The notes under the pieces were generated by a model, which ran no database searches, was not told the DNA's origin, and worked only from the letters and a program-made list of their open reading frames with translations. From a virus: a DNA stretch of 64,000 bases. A program made the position numbers and the translations under genes. The number at the start of each line of letters is the position of its first letter. The first letter of the stretch is position 1. Shown piece by piece: positions 34,337 through 44,198 of the stretch. The stretch is taken from positions 1-64,000 of the IMG/VR virus record IMGVR_UViG_3300004481_000271, one strand, 5' to 3'.

Positions 34337-34978
34337 ATGCGCTGGATCCTCTTCGTCGTGACCCTACCGTGGACGCTCCTCGCGTCCTGGCCCTGGGTCC
34401 TCCTCCTCCGCGCCTTCGCGGCGAAGGACCTCCGCTTCGAGGAGCTCGGGGTCTTGACCGCCGTTTGGCGGGACTGGGTCGTGAAGCCCCGGGCCTGGCT
34501 CGGAGCCCGGACGCGGGCGGACGGCGAGGTTCTCCTCGACGAGGACGGTCGGGTCGTCTACCGGAACCTATGGCGATGGTCGACGACGATCGGCCGAGGG
34601 ATCGTCTACCAGCCCGGCGCCCGAAGGGCCCGGCCGGAGGATCCGCGGACCGCGACCGAAGACCACGAGCTCGTCCACGTCCGCCAGGCAGAAGATCGAA
34701 TGGTGCTCTCCCTCGTTGTCGGCCTCGCCGTCCTCCTTGCCGTCGGCCTCGCCGTCGGGGACTGGCCCCTCGCCGGCGTCCTCGGCGCCGTCCTCTGGGC
34801 ATCCGGCGGGAGCTGGCAAGCCCCGAGCTTCCTTGCCGCCGGGATGCGTCACGGGTGGAGCCTCGAGGGCGTCTACCGTCAAGCGGAGCATGAGCGAAGC
34901 GCCCGCGCCCAGACCTCGCGATGGTGCTCGGGGAAGTCCTGGCTCGGCGAGGAGCGGCGGAAGGCGGACGTCCGATGA
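34337..34978 (+). CDS. Membrane protein with HExxH motif
   Basis: TTIGRGIVY...HELVHVRQ...E.SAR; three hydrophobic segments. Confidence 0.7.
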   Translation: MRWILFVVTLPWTLLASWPWVLLLRAFAAKDLRFEELGVLTAVWRDWVVKPRAWLGARTRADGEVLLDEDGRVVYRNLWRWSTTIGRGIVYQPGARRARPEDPRTATEDHELVHVRQAEDRMVLSLVVGLAVLLAVGLAVGDWPLAGVLGAVLWASGGSWQAPSFLAAGMRHGWSLEGVYRQAEHERSARAQTSRWCSGKSWLGEERRKADVR

Positions 34979-35379
34979 CCGGCCCGGAATGGAAGACCGC
35001 GACCTGGACTTGCGGGCGGTGCGGACTCGAGACGAGCCAGCGGTTCCACGTCCCGACGGACGGCGACCCGGCGAAGGCTCCCCCGCCGGAGCCCTGGACC
35101 TTCGAGGTCGGCGAGGGAGGGAAGTCCTACTTCTGCGGGGAATGCTCGCGGACCCGGAAGGCGGAGCGGAGGGCGGAGGAGATCCCCGCCTCGGCGACGT
35201 TCGGGGAATGCGCCGACGAGGAAGAAACCCTCGCGGTCTGGGCGGACGAGCATCTTTGCCTCCGGTGCGCCCACTCGGACCTTTGCCGCTTCGTCCCGAC
35301 CGATCCGTCCTATCAGACCTTCGCAACGATCCGACGTTGCCGTCGGTTCGTCTTCGATCTCGATCGCGACGAGACCTGA
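34975..35379 (+). CDS. Cys-rich Zn-binding hypothetical protein
   Basis: CGRC...CGEC...CLRC...C; ATGA coupled. Confidence 0.65.
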   Translation: MTGPEWKTATWTCGRCGLETSQRFHVPTDGDPAKAPPPEPWTFEVGEGGKSYFCGECSRTRKAERRAEEIPASATFGECADEEETLAVWADEHLCLRCAHSDLCRFVPTDPSYQTFATIRRCRRFVFDLDRDET

Positions 35380-35462
35380 TAGAATCCGCCCCGGGCGTCG
35401 GACGAACTCGGACGGAGGAGAGCCTTCCCCCTCCTCTCCCTCGAGGGCGTCCGGCGCCTTCT

Positions 35463-36014
35463 CTATCTTGCCGCTTCGGGGATCGCTGATAGGGCGTAGG
35501 CGGTTAGGGCAACGAGCCCGCCGGTCACGACAGCCCCGACGGCGAGCCAGAGGGAGGGCGAGCGCCACCATACGCGGGCGGACTCCTCGGTCTCGCGACG
35601 GAGGCGGACGGCCTCGGCGAGGGCGTCGGCGGCCCTCCGCTCCCCCTCCTCGGCGAGCTCGACGACGAGCCGGAGCCGCTCGACTTGATCGTCCCGGAGC
35701 TCGAGCCGCTCCTCGAGGAGGGAGACCCGTTGACGGAGGACCGGAAGCTCCTCGAGGTCGGCGAGCATCTGGCGGGCGACGTCCGCCCGAAACCAGACCC
35801 CGACCGCCCCGGCGTGTTCGATCGTCGCCCGGCGTGGAGCCTCCGATTCCGCTTCCTCTCCCCGGGCGGCCGCGCCGAAGACGAGGAGGGCCCCGAGAAT
35901 GGCCCCCAGGGCGACGAGGAGGGCGAAGCGGGGCGTCCCGCTATCCCGGGAGACCTTCGGCTCGAGGGCCCTCTGGGCGGCGTGTAGAGCTCGCGGGTCG
36001 CTTGTCCAGATCAT
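35463..36014 (-). CDS. Coiled-coil membrane protein, putative spanin-like
   Basis: N- and C-terminal hydrophobic segments flanking coiled coil; lysis context. Confidence 0.55.
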   Translation of the reverse strand: MIWTSDPRALHAAQRALEPKVSRDSGTPRFALLVALGAILGALLVFGAAARGEEAESEAPRRATIEHAGAVGVWFRADVARQMLADLEELPVLRQRVSLLEERLELRDDQVERLRLVVELAEEGERRAADALAEAVRLRRETEESARVWWRSPSLWLAVGAVVTGGLVALTAYALSAIPEAAR

Positions 36015-36038
36015 CGGCCTTCCCCGTTCTCGCCCGGT

Positions 36039-36392
36039 CTAGTAGCCGAGGCGGGCGAACTCCTCGACGAGCTCGTCGTCGGGAACGTCCGCCCGGCGGC
36101 GGGCGGTCTCGATCGCGAGGCGGTTCTCCTCGAGGGCGACATCGATCTCCCGAACCTTCTCCTCGTCCCGGTCGTCCTGGGCGAGGAGCTCCTCCCGGCG
36201 AGCTCGGAGGACCTCGACCTCGCGGAGGGCCCGCTCGACCTCGAGAGCGTCGCGGAGCCCGGCGACCTTCCGCCGGTAGGCGCCGACCGCGAGGGCGGCC
36301 CCCAGGGCGACGACAAGGGCCCCGCCGAGGGCGGGGACGATGACCTTCCACCACTTCCGGAGCCAGCCCCAGGCGGCGCGGAGAGCCTTCAC
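36039..36392 (-). CDS. Putative inner-membrane spanin
   Basis: N-terminal TM helix then coiled coil; downstream of holin. Confidence 0.55.
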   Translation of the reverse strand: MKALRAAWGWLRKWWKVIVPALGGALVVALGAALAVGAYRRKVAGLRDALEVERALREVEVLRARREELLAQDDRDEEKVREIDVALEENRLAIETARRRADVPDDELVEEFARLGY

Positions 36393-36556
36393 GGGTCGAC
36401 CTCCTCGTCCTCGAGGTCGAGCGCCCCGTAGGGCCCCGCCTCGACGAGCTCGCCGCAGTTGACGCAGTCGAGGTCCCCGGTCGGTTGATCCCGACGGAGC
36501 TCCGACGAGCCGCAAGCTGGGCAGACCTCGAGGGGCTCCGGCCGAGCTCGGGTCAC
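36389..36556 (-). CDS. TFIIB-type zinc ribbon protein
   Basis: CPACGS...D..TGDLDCVNCG; GTGA coupling. Confidence 0.6.
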   Translation of the reverse strand: MTRARPEPLEVCPACGSSELRRDQPTGDLDCVNCGELVEAGPYGALDLEDEEVDP

Positions 36557-36930
36557 GACGAGCCCCCAGCGTCGAGGTCGAGGTCGAGCTCGACTCCCTT
36601 CTTTTTCGCGATCCCCTTCACGACCGCGAACGCCCAGGTCGAGAAGAGCCCGGCGCCGGCGTAGTAGACGGCGAGGGCGGCCATGGTCTCGGGGACGTTC
36701 GGCGAGGCGGGGAGTCCCGGGATCAGACCAAAGAGGGTGCCGGCGACGACCGGATGAAGCGGGAGGGTCTTCCGCGCCCACCAGAAGAAGCCGGCTCTCG
36801 CCCCCTTCCCCTTCGCCCGAGCCTCCGTCCACACCGCGGCCTTGAAGATCTGGACCACGATCGCGGCGGTCAGGGCGAAGACGAGGAACGGCCAGTGACT
36901 CGTGATGAAGGAGACGACGTCGTCGAACAT
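36553..36930 (-). CDS. Putative holin
   Basis: 125 aa, three TM segments, charged C-terminus, next to lysin. Confidence 0.7.
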   Translation of the reverse strand: MFDDVVSFITSHWPFLVFALTAAIVVQIFKAAVWTEARAKGKGARAGFFWWARKTLPLHPVVAGTLFGLIPGLPASPNVPETMAALAVYYAGAGLFSTWAFAVVKGIAKKKGVELDLDLDAGGSS

Positions 36931-36939
36931 GAGGACCTC

Positions 36940-37791
36940 CTATCGGGGCGGAAGGGCGCAAGCCCCCCGATCGAGCCGCTCCGCCCATCGGGAGAGGACC
37001 CGCCAGAGCCCCGCGTTGACGAAGTTGAAAGCCCAGCCGATGAGCCCGTGGACCTCGACCGGTGAGTCGAGGAAGTCGTCGAGGTGTTCCTCGAGCTCCT
37101 CCGGCGTCTTCGAGACCGCCTTCCGGTTCTTGCCCGACATCGGGAGAGCGGGGTCGGCCTTGACGAACTTGTAGACCCCGAAGCTCGGGACGACGGCGTC
37201 GAAGCCGATCTCCGCATAGTCGGCGAGTCCCTCGAGGACCCTGGTCTTCGGGACGTCGTAGAGCTGGGGGGAACCGTAGTCACATTCGACGGTCGGGTCG
37301 CCTTCGACCCCAGGCTCGGCGAACGCTCCGAAGGGGAAGCTCCGGTGACCGCGCGGGAGCCCGTAGGAGGTGAGCCCGAGGGCGATGTAGGGGTTTCGTC
37401 CCTCGATGGCGGCCCGGCTCTTCTGGAAGAGCTCGGCGGCCTCGGCGGCGTGCCCCTTGAAGCCGAGCTCGGGGTCGAGGAGCCAGCCCGAGGTCGCCGG
37501 TCCGGTGCAGGCGAGGAGGTCCTCGACGAAGGCGTCGACGCGGTCATGCCAAGGGTATCCCCAGACGTGGGCCTGGACGCCGGCGGCGGCGAGGGCCTCC
37601 GAGTAGCGAAGGATCTCCTCCGGCCGGTTCATCCACCGGTTGCCCTTCCGCGGGTCGTCGTGCCAGGGTCCGCCGATCGCAGCCCAGCGAAGCCCCGCGT
37701 CGGCGAGCTTCTTCGCGAGCTCCTTCGGTGTTCCGTGTCGCTTCTTCGAGAACGCCCGGAGATAGAGCGCGAGTCCGATCGGTGCGTCCAT
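36940..37791 (-). CDS. Putative endolysin (TIM-barrel glycoside hydrolase, GH25-like)
   Basis: VWGY, LLDPE, LTSY, SPQLY pattern; between fibre and holin. Confidence 0.6.
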   Translation of the reverse strand: MDAPIGLALYLRAFSKKRHGTPKELAKKLADAGLRWAAIGGPWHDDPRKGNRWMNRPEEILRYSEALAAAGVQAHVWGYPWHDRVDAFVEDLLACTGPATSGWLLDPELGFKGHAAEAAELFQKSRAAIEGRNPYIALGLTSYGLPRGHRSFPFGAFAEPGVEGDPTVECDYGSPQLYDVPKTRVLEGLADYAEIGFDAVVPSFGVYKFVKADPALPMSGKNRKAVSKTPEELEEHLDDFLDSPVEVHGLIGWAFNFVNAGLWRVLSRWAERLDRGACALPPR

Positions 37792-37824
37792 GCCTTCCCC
37801 TCCTCGAAGGGAGAGGATACCGCG

Positions 37825-39777
37825 TCACGACCGGATCGCGCCAGGTCCGCCGATGAGGGAGACGAGAAGGTCGCGGTTCGCGGCGTCGCCCTGGAGATAG
37901 AGCCCGGCAAGATAGAAGAGCGTCCGCTCGTTGGAAAAGTCGCCGGCGTTTCCGAGGTAGTGCAACCCCCAGGTCACCCCGAGATCTCGAGAGAAGGCGA
38001 CCCGCATGGACGCGGAGCCAGTGGCGAGGAGGAGCCCCCGCCCGTCGGTCGCGATGGACTCGTTCCAGTCGTCCATGTTGACAGACCGCATCGCCCAGGC
38101 CGTCCCGACAGCGTTCGTCGACACCCAGACGTCACCGTCGATCGTGAGTCCGACCCATCGCTCGGCGCGAGGCTCCCAGACGAGGTCGGTGAAGTAGCGT
38201 CCGGCGCCGTCGGTGTTCGCGAGGACCTCAGTCCAGGTGTCCCCACCGTCGATCGAGCGGAGGATCGCGGAGCCGGCGGCCTTCTCGCCACCGCAAAGGA
38301 TCGTTCCGTTCCCGTCGTGGGCAAGGCAGAAGAGATCGGCCGTCGTCGGGAGCGTCGTCGGGGAAGCCCACGCAGCGGTTCCGTCAGCCGTCCGCGCGAC
38401 GGCACCAGCGGTCCCGCCCCCTCCGACACCGCACGCGATGAAGTAGCCGGAGGCGGCGTCATAGATCACGTCCCGGAGCTCGTCGCCGGCGGCGGTGAGG
38501 GTCGCGGGGAGGTTTGCCGAGCGGTCGGTCCACGCAGCGGCGGTCGAGGCGGCCGACTCTGCCATCGCCCCGGCGGCGGCGGAGGTCCGCCCGACGGCAA
38601 CCCAGAGGGTCTCGGCGTCTGCCCAGACGACGGCCCGAGCTCGATCGTGGGCGGCGCCGAAGGCTCGGGCCGTCCACGTCTCGAGAGGGTTGTCCGTCGT
38701 GAAGGCGGAGCTCGTCGCCCCGTCGTCCGCGACGGCGCACCACACGGGGACCTGGGCAACCCCGTCCGAGAAGCGGACGTCGACCCCGCGCACCCGAAGA
38801 GCTCCGGCCCCGCCGGTGACGTCCGCCATCCGGGTGAAGTTGAGAGCGTTCAGAACCCCGCCTTGTTCGGCGCCGGCCTCGATCTCGCCGAGGAGCTCGA
38901 CGATCTGGTCGTAGACCGACCCAGCACCGATCGACGTCGCTCCGGACGTCGCGGCCGCGGAGCCGACCCGGTCGGAACCGGCGGCGGCGACGAGGTCGGA
39001 GACGAGCTTGTCGAGCTGTGCTTCGACCGTCGCGGCGGGGTTCGTCGTCCCGTCGTGCCAGGCTCCGCCGCCGGCGTAGTCGACCGCAGAGGCGAGGTGT
39101 TGGCTTGCAGCGGCGGCGATGTGATCGGCGAGGTCGGTGTCGCCGGCGTCGAGGTGATCGGCGAGGGACTGGACCGCTTCCTCGACGGTCCCGACGGCGA
39201 CGGCGTTCGTCGCGCCGGACGTCCGGATCGCCCACTCCCGGCGGGAGTCGTCGATGTCCGCGTTGAAGATCTGGGTCATCCCGAAGGTCAGGAGGACATC
39301 GGCGAGGAGGATCTCGTCAGCCCGAGCGGCGGGTCGTGTCGGCGTGACCGCCTCGGCTCCCTGGGCAACGTGGAGCTCGAAGCCCTCGGCGCGGGAGAAG
39401 TAGACCGAGGCTCCGGTCCCGTCGAGCCGAGGGTCGGAGAGGACCCGCTTGAACTGGGCGAAGATCGTGATCCACTTCGAGTTGCCCGGAGTCGTGACCG
39501 CCGTCGAATTGCTGTTTTCGTCGACGGTGCAGTCGACGTCCTGGGTCGGGGACCATGAGATCCGCTGCCCGGTCTGGTCGTAGATCGTCGCCGGCCCGGA
39601 GACGTCGACCGTCATGTTCGGCGTCCCGGCGTTCTCGGTCACGACTCCGCCCGTCGTTACCCCGACAACCCCGTTGTCGAGCGCCCAGTTGAAGAGGGCG
39701 TCCTCGATCGCGTCGAAGGCGGAGTCGAGCTCGCCCTCGGTGACCTTCTGCCGGAAGAAGAAGTTGAAGCGGTCCAT
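37825..39777 (-). CDS. Tail fibre/receptor-binding protein with C-terminal beta-propeller (BNR-like)
   Basis: Follows baseplate wedge; RSIDGGDTW and SRDLGVTW Asp-boxes. Confidence 0.75.
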   Translation of the reverse strand: MDRFNFFFRQKVTEGELDSAFDAIEDALFNWALDNGVVGVTTGGVVTENAGTPNMTVDVSGPATIYDQTGQRISWSPTQDVDCTVDENSNSTAVTTPGNSKWITIFAQFKRVLSDPRLDGTGASVYFSRAEGFELHVAQGAEAVTPTRPAARADEILLADVLLTFGMTQIFNADIDDSRREWAIRTSGATNAVAVGTVEEAVQSLADHLDAGDTDLADHIAAAASQHLASAVDYAGGGAWHDGTTNPAATVEAQLDKLVSDLVAAAGSDRVGSAAATSGATSIGAGSVYDQIVELLGEIEAGAEQGGVLNALNFTRMADVTGGAGALRVRGVDVRFSDGVAQVPVWCAVADDGATSSAFTTDNPLETWTARAFGAAHDRARAVVWADAETLWVAVGRTSAAAGAMAESAASTAAAWTDRSANLPATLTAAGDELRDVIYDAASGYFIACGVGGGGTAGAVARTADGTAAWASPTTLPTTADLFCLAHDGNGTILCGGEKAAGSAILRSIDGGDTWTEVLANTDGAGRYFTDLVWEPRAERWVGLTIDGDVWVSTNAVGTAWAMRSVNMDDWNESIATDGRGLLLATGSASMRVAFSRDLGVTWGLHYLGNAGDFSNERTLFYLAGLYLQGDAANRDLLVSLIGGPGAIRS

Positions 39778-39786
39778 CGCGTCCTC

Positions 39787-41553
39787 CTAGTGGAGCGTCC
39801 AGTTGCCCGACGGCCCCGCCGTCTCGCCGAGCTCGGAAAGTCCGAGCTCGAGGTGATCGACGACCTCGGCGGTCGTCGGCTCGACGATCCGGACGAGGTG
39901 GGTGTGAGCCGGCTTCATCAGCTCCGCGATCGCTACGATCCGGGTTCGCTCCTCGTCCGTCAAGACGACCGGGGAGACGATCTCGAAGGAGTAGAGGAGC
40001 CGTCGCTCGCCCGGCCCGAGCTCGGCGGCGTCGGCCGGCTCGACCGTGTCGCTCGAGAGCTCGTCCCCCGGGCCGGCCGGCGGGGACTGTCCGTCGAGGG
40101 TCGGCGAGTCGGAACTTGCGAGCTCCCAGCCGATCCCGTTGTAGATCTCGATCGTGACGTCGAGCCCAAGGAAGAAGCGGACGACGTCGATGATCCCGTC
40201 CTCCGTCCCCTTCTCCCGGTAGATGTCGACGAGGACCCGAAGGAGCCTCCGCTTGTCGATCTCCGAGAGCTCGGCGAAGGCGAAGGGGTTCCCCAGGTCG
40301 GCAAGCATCGCGTCGAGGTAGCGGGCGGGCGCGAGGTCCGGGTCGAGGATGTCGGTCCAGTCGTCGACCTGTTTCAAGAGGAGGTCGAAGACGTCTTGCA
40401 GGCAGGCGACCCAGAGCTCGAGCTCACCGGTCGCGTCTTCCGTCCGGTTGATCTGGGGGAGGAGCTCGAGGAGCTCGAAGCGCCGTCCGTCCGGCCATGG
40501 GCGGTCGAGGGACTGAAACTCGACCGAGTTGTAGGGCGCGGCGACGACGTTCCCGAAGCCGTCGACGACATTCGACACCGTCAAGAGGTAGGTCGTGGCG
40601 AAGGAGAGCTCGAGGTCGACCTCGACGTCGACGGTCGACGAGTCGACCGGGGTCACTTCGACGGCCTCGACGTCGACGGTCGGAACCGCGAGCCGTTGGA
40701 AGGTGTAGTTTGCCGGGTTCAGGGCGTCGGACGTTCCGCTCGGCGAGACCTGGCGGACCTCTTCGTTGAAGGTCACCCGGACGACGAGCTGGGAGCGGGC
40801 CTCGGCGGAGACGACGCTCGGCGAGGTGAGGTCCTCCGCTCGGAAGGTGTAGGTCTCGTCGAGGGAGCTCCCCGACTCCGTCACCCGAACCTCGACCTCC
40901 TCGTCGGAGGTGAAGTCGGTCGTCGGGTCGATGACGATCCGGAGGGTCGCGGCGTCCGGGTTGGACGTCGCCGAGCCCGGCCCGTCGAAGCCGGTCTGGA
41001 ATGAGCCGGCCGAGAAGGCGAGGGTCCCGCCGACGTAGACCGCGACGTTCGCGGCGGACGGCGCCGTCCCGTCCCCGTCGTGGAGCTCGAGCTCGACGAG
41101 GGAGTCGAGCGGGACCCCGTACTCTCCCGGCTCCGGTATCCGGTTGATGAGCTCGACGATCGGCGTGAAGTCGGAGCCGACCTCGAGGGAGGTAGGGAAG
41201 CCGAGGACGGCGTTCGCCGTCCCGCCGGTGACCTGGACCGAGCTCGTCGCCCCGAAGACGTCCGAGGTGATCCTCGGCGCCCCGCCGTCGTCCTCGGCCG
41301 TCGCCCCAGTGAGCCCGGCGGTGATCGAGGCGGCGACCTCGACGGCGGTCGCCTCGGCGATGTCGTCGAAGTTGACCGCGAGGAAGGTCACGACCTGGGC
41401 GCCCCCGCCGTCGACGGAGACGGAGAGGGTCATCCCGTCGACGAGGGCGTAGGTCTCCGCGTTCCCGGCGAGGACGGTCCCGGGGGTCGCGTCGCCGAGG
41501 TCCTCGCGGACCCGGTCGAGTTGGACGGACGGGATGGAGACCTTCGTCGCCAT
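39787..41553 (-). CDS. Baseplate wedge / P2 gpI-like tail protein with Ig-like domains
   Basis: DPDLAP..YLDAMLADLG, IYREKGT..GI, MKPAHT. Confidence 0.8.
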   Translation of the reverse strand: MATKVSIPSVQLDRVREDLGDATPGTVLAGNAETYALVDGMTLSVSVDGGGAQVVTFLAVNFDDIAEATAVEVAASITAGLTGATAEDDGGAPRITSDVFGATSSVQVTGGTANAVLGFPTSLEVGSDFTPIVELINRIPEPGEYGVPLDSLVELELHDGDGTAPSAANVAVYVGGTLAFSAGSFQTGFDGPGSATSNPDAATLRIVIDPTTDFTSDEEVEVRVTESGSSLDETYTFRAEDLTSPSVVSAEARSQLVVRVTFNEEVRQVSPSGTSDALNPANYTFQRLAVPTVDVEAVEVTPVDSSTVDVEVDLELSFATTYLLTVSNVVDGFGNVVAAPYNSVEFQSLDRPWPDGRRFELLELLPQINRTEDATGELELWVACLQDVFDLLLKQVDDWTDILDPDLAPARYLDAMLADLGNPFAFAELSEIDKRRLLRVLVDIYREKGTEDGIIDVVRFFLGLDVTIEIYNGIGWELASSDSPTLDGQSPPAGPGDELSSDTVEPADAAELGPGERRLLYSFEIVSPVVLTDEERTRIVAIAELMKPAHTHLVRIVEPTTAEVVDHLELGLSELGETAGPSGNWTLH

Positions 41554-41966
41554 CATGCACTCACGAGCTCGAGCCGGAAGGCGAGCGTGTTAGTCGGTCC
41601 CCCGGTCGCGGCGACCGTGGGGATCGCGATGTCTCGGAGCTCGAGCTCGCGGAGCTCGGCGCGGAGCCTCCGGGTGTAGCGGGCGGTCCCGTTCAGCCGG
41701 ACGGAGAGCTCCCATTCCAGAGCGGGAGACGTCGGGAGCGTGAGCGGGAGCCGGATGTTGACGTCGACGCGGGCGAGGGCGGCCTGGGCGGCGAAGTCGA
41801 TCGAGCCCTGGGAGACCTCGACGAAGTCCCCGACGTTGAAGTTGCCGTCCTCGAGGTTCTCGTTCCCGAGCTCGAAGACGTAGCCCCCGGCCGGAGCGTC
41901 GCCGGCGGCCGGAGCGATCCGCCCGTGCTCGCCCCCGAGGTCCCGCTGGAAGGGGGAGAGCGGCAT
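41553..41966 (-). CDS. Hypothetical virion protein
   Basis: Coupled within tail operon. Confidence 0.7.
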   Translation of the reverse strand: MPLSPFQRDLGGEHGRIAPAAGDAPAGGYVFELGNENLEDGNFNVGDFVEVSQGSIDFAAQAALARVDVNIRLPLTLPTSPALEWELSVRLNGTARYTRRLRAELRELELRDIAIPTVAATGGPTNTLAFRLELVSA

Positions 41967-42694
41967 CAGAGCTGCCTCGCGACCTCGAGGTGATCGAAGA
42001 AGCCCCTCCGCGTGACGTCCTCGACCCGGAAGGCAAAGCCCGCCCGGCCGGAGGTGTAGGGCGCGGAGCCCGTGTTGACCCCGAGGGCGTCGTCGACGAA
42101 GCCCTCGATCGAGGGGTACTGGGGCCCTTCCATCCCGGTGATCCGCTCCCAGACCGGGGAGGAGACGGGGTTGACGTCGAGGTCGTTCGCGAAGACCTGG
42201 AGAAGGACGTCGCCGGATCCCTGGCGGACCATGTCGAGCCGAAGGTGAAGCCAGGTGTCATTCTCGAAGGTCTCCGTCGACCGCATGAGGACCGAGGTCG
42301 AAGGAGGGTTCGGCGCGAGGTCGGGAAGCCCGCCGACGACCGCCCCCTTCCGGAGGACGATGTGACCCGGCTCGTCGTCCCCGATCCCGAGGAGGTACCC
42401 CAGATCGTTGACGCTCGGTCCCTGTAGCCCGATGAAGAGGAAGGGAGCGAAGCCGGTTGTCCCTCCCGAGGGAGCTCGCTTCAGAGCTCCGCGAACCGAA
42501 CCGCCATTCGCCATCGGTGCGAAGTTGACGAGGTTCGCGAAGAGCCCGACGGCCCCGTCGACGACGGCCTTCGAGTTGAAGCCGTAGACGAAGGACCCGC
42601 CCCCGTTCGGCTTGTCGACCCCGGCGGTGACTCCGCGGGCGACGCTCGCGGAGCCAAGGGAATCGGTCAAGAGGGTCCAATCTGTTTCAGCCAT
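41966..42694 (-). CDS. Hypothetical virion protein (beta-rich)
   Basis: MAETDWTLL...; GGAGG RBS; tail operon. Confidence 0.75.
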   Translation of the reverse strand: MAETDWTLLTDSLGSASVARGVTAGVDKPNGGGSFVYGFNSKAVVDGAVGLFANLVNFAPMANGGSVRGALKRAPSGGTTGFAPFLFIGLQGPSVNDLGYLLGIGDDEPGHIVLRKGAVVGGLPDLAPNPPSTSVLMRSTETFENDTWLHLRLDMVRQGSGDVLLQVFANDLDVNPVSSPVWERITGMEGPQYPSIEGFVDDALGVNTGSAPYTSGRAGFAFRVEDVTRRGFFDHLEVARQL

Positions 42695-42728
42695 GAATAG
42701 TCCCTCCGGTTGTGATACACTTCCGGAT

Positions 42729-43259
42729 GTGAGAACCGCGCGGTACGAAGATGTTCGAGACGCCATAGACGAAGGACGCCTTCGAGTCGATCTGTCGACC
42801 GGACTTGTCGAAGGAAGGCGCCTCGACGCGAAGGCGCAATGGAGACCGAAGAAGCTCGAACCCGTCGCGTCCCCCGGTCAGCTCCCCTACTACCGCGTGA
42901 CCTTCACGACGAGCAAAGGACGCTTTCGGTGTCTCGTTCACCGCGTTGTTTGGTTTGCCGGCCGAGGAGCCATCCCGAACGACCTCACCGTCGATCACGG
43001 GAACTTCGATCGGGGCGACAATCGGCTCGAGAACCTCGCGCTCGTAACCCCCGCGGAGAACACTCGGCGCGCCGTCGAAGCCGGCCGGCTTGATCTCCAC
43101 TCCCCGAAGAATTGGAGCTTGACCGAGGAGCAAGTCCGAGCGATCCGTCGGCGCCTCGCGGACGGCTCCTCCCAGCGAGAGGTCGCTCGCGAGCTCGAGA
43201 CGAGCCCGAACGTCGTCAACCGAGTTGCTCGGCGTCGAACGTACCGCTCGGTTGTGTAG
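42729..43259 (+). CDS. HNH homing endonuclease with C-terminal HTH, antisense to tail operon
   Basis: VHRVVW...VDHGNFDRGDNRLENL...EN; LTEEQVRAIR...SQREVARE. Confidence 0.85.
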   Translation: MRTARYEDVRDAIDEGRLRVDLSTGLVEGRRLDAKAQWRPKKLEPVASPGQLPYYRVTFTTSKGRFRCLVHRVVWFAGRGAIPNDLTVDHGNFDRGDNRLENLALVTPAENTRRAVEAGRLDLHSPKNWSLTEEQVRAIRRRLADGSSQREVARELETSPNVVNRVARRRTYRSVV

Positions 43260-43280
43260 CTCGCCGGCCATGGCGTGCCC

Positions 43281-44198
43281 CTACACTCCGACGAGCTCCT
43301 CCGTCCACCATCGGCGCGGATCGTGGCGGAGGTAGTGCTCGCCGAAGCCGTAATCGGTGACGTCGACGATCGGACTCGTCGGCGTCGCCGAAAGTTGGAA
43401 GGTGTCCGCGGCGACGTTGCGGACGTAGTAGGGCGTCGAGAGGATTCCCTCCGGCCGGCGCCCGGTGTCATTCCCGATCGTGATGATCCAGAGGTTCGTC
43501 AGCCCGTGGGTGGCGAAGGTGAAGGTATCGGTCGCGGGGTTGACGTTGACCCCCGCAAGGTCGTAGCGGACCCCCTCGAAGGACTCGAAGCCGTCCTGGG
43601 TCGCGTCGTCCTGCCAGAAGGCGGCGAGCTCGAGCTCGGTCCCGACCCCGGTCGCGGGGAAACTCCAGTTGTACGGGTGACCCGTCCAGCCTTGCTCGAG
43701 GTCCTCCGCCCCGCCGGCCCCGCCGAAGTCGCCGAAGGAGAGCTCCGCCCCGTCGAAGCCAGGGTTCAGGACGGCGCCGGCCGGCCAGCCCTCCTCGAGG
43801 TCCTCGACGTCCTCGGGTCCTGTCGGCTCGAGAGCATCGAAGGAGCCCGCCTCGATCGGGACCGGGTCGAGGTCGTAGAGCCCTTGGGGCGCGGTCCCCC
43901 AGAGGGTCTCGAAGTCCTCGAAGGCGGTCGGGTCGCCGAAGCCGGCGAGGTCGTAGAAGGAAGGCTCGAGGTCTACGAAGTAGCCCTCGAAGGCGCCGAG
44001 GAGCCCCTCGGAGTAGCCGGCCGGCCATTCCCCCTCGAAGCCTTCCTGGGCGGAGGTCCTCGTCCCGGCGACGACAACCTCGACGGTGAACTCCGCGAAC
44101 TCCTGCCCGGTGTAGGACTCGGCGACCGTCCAGCCGTCGGCGGCGCCGGGTTGTGTCCCCGCAGCCTGGGTCTCGAAGCTCCCGTTCGCGATCGTCAT
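43281..44198 (-). CDS. Acidic hypothetical virion protein
   Basis: ATGA coupled to baseplate J; recurring EDxExGW-like motifs. Confidence 0.75.
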   Translation of the reverse strand: MTIANGSFETQAAGTQPGAADGWTVAESYTGQEFAEFTVEVVVAGTRTSAQEGFEGEWPAGYSEGLLGAFEGYFVDLEPSFYDLAGFGDPTAFEDFETLWGTAPQGLYDLDPVPIEAGSFDALEPTGPEDVEDLEEGWPAGAVLNPGFDGAELSFGDFGGAGGAEDLEQGWTGHPYNWSFPATGVGTELELAAFWQDDATQDGFESFEGVRYDLAGVNVNPATDTFTFATHGLTNLWIITIGNDTGRRPEGILSTPYYVRNVAADTFQLSATPTSPIVDVTDYGFGEHYLRHDPRRWWTEELVGV

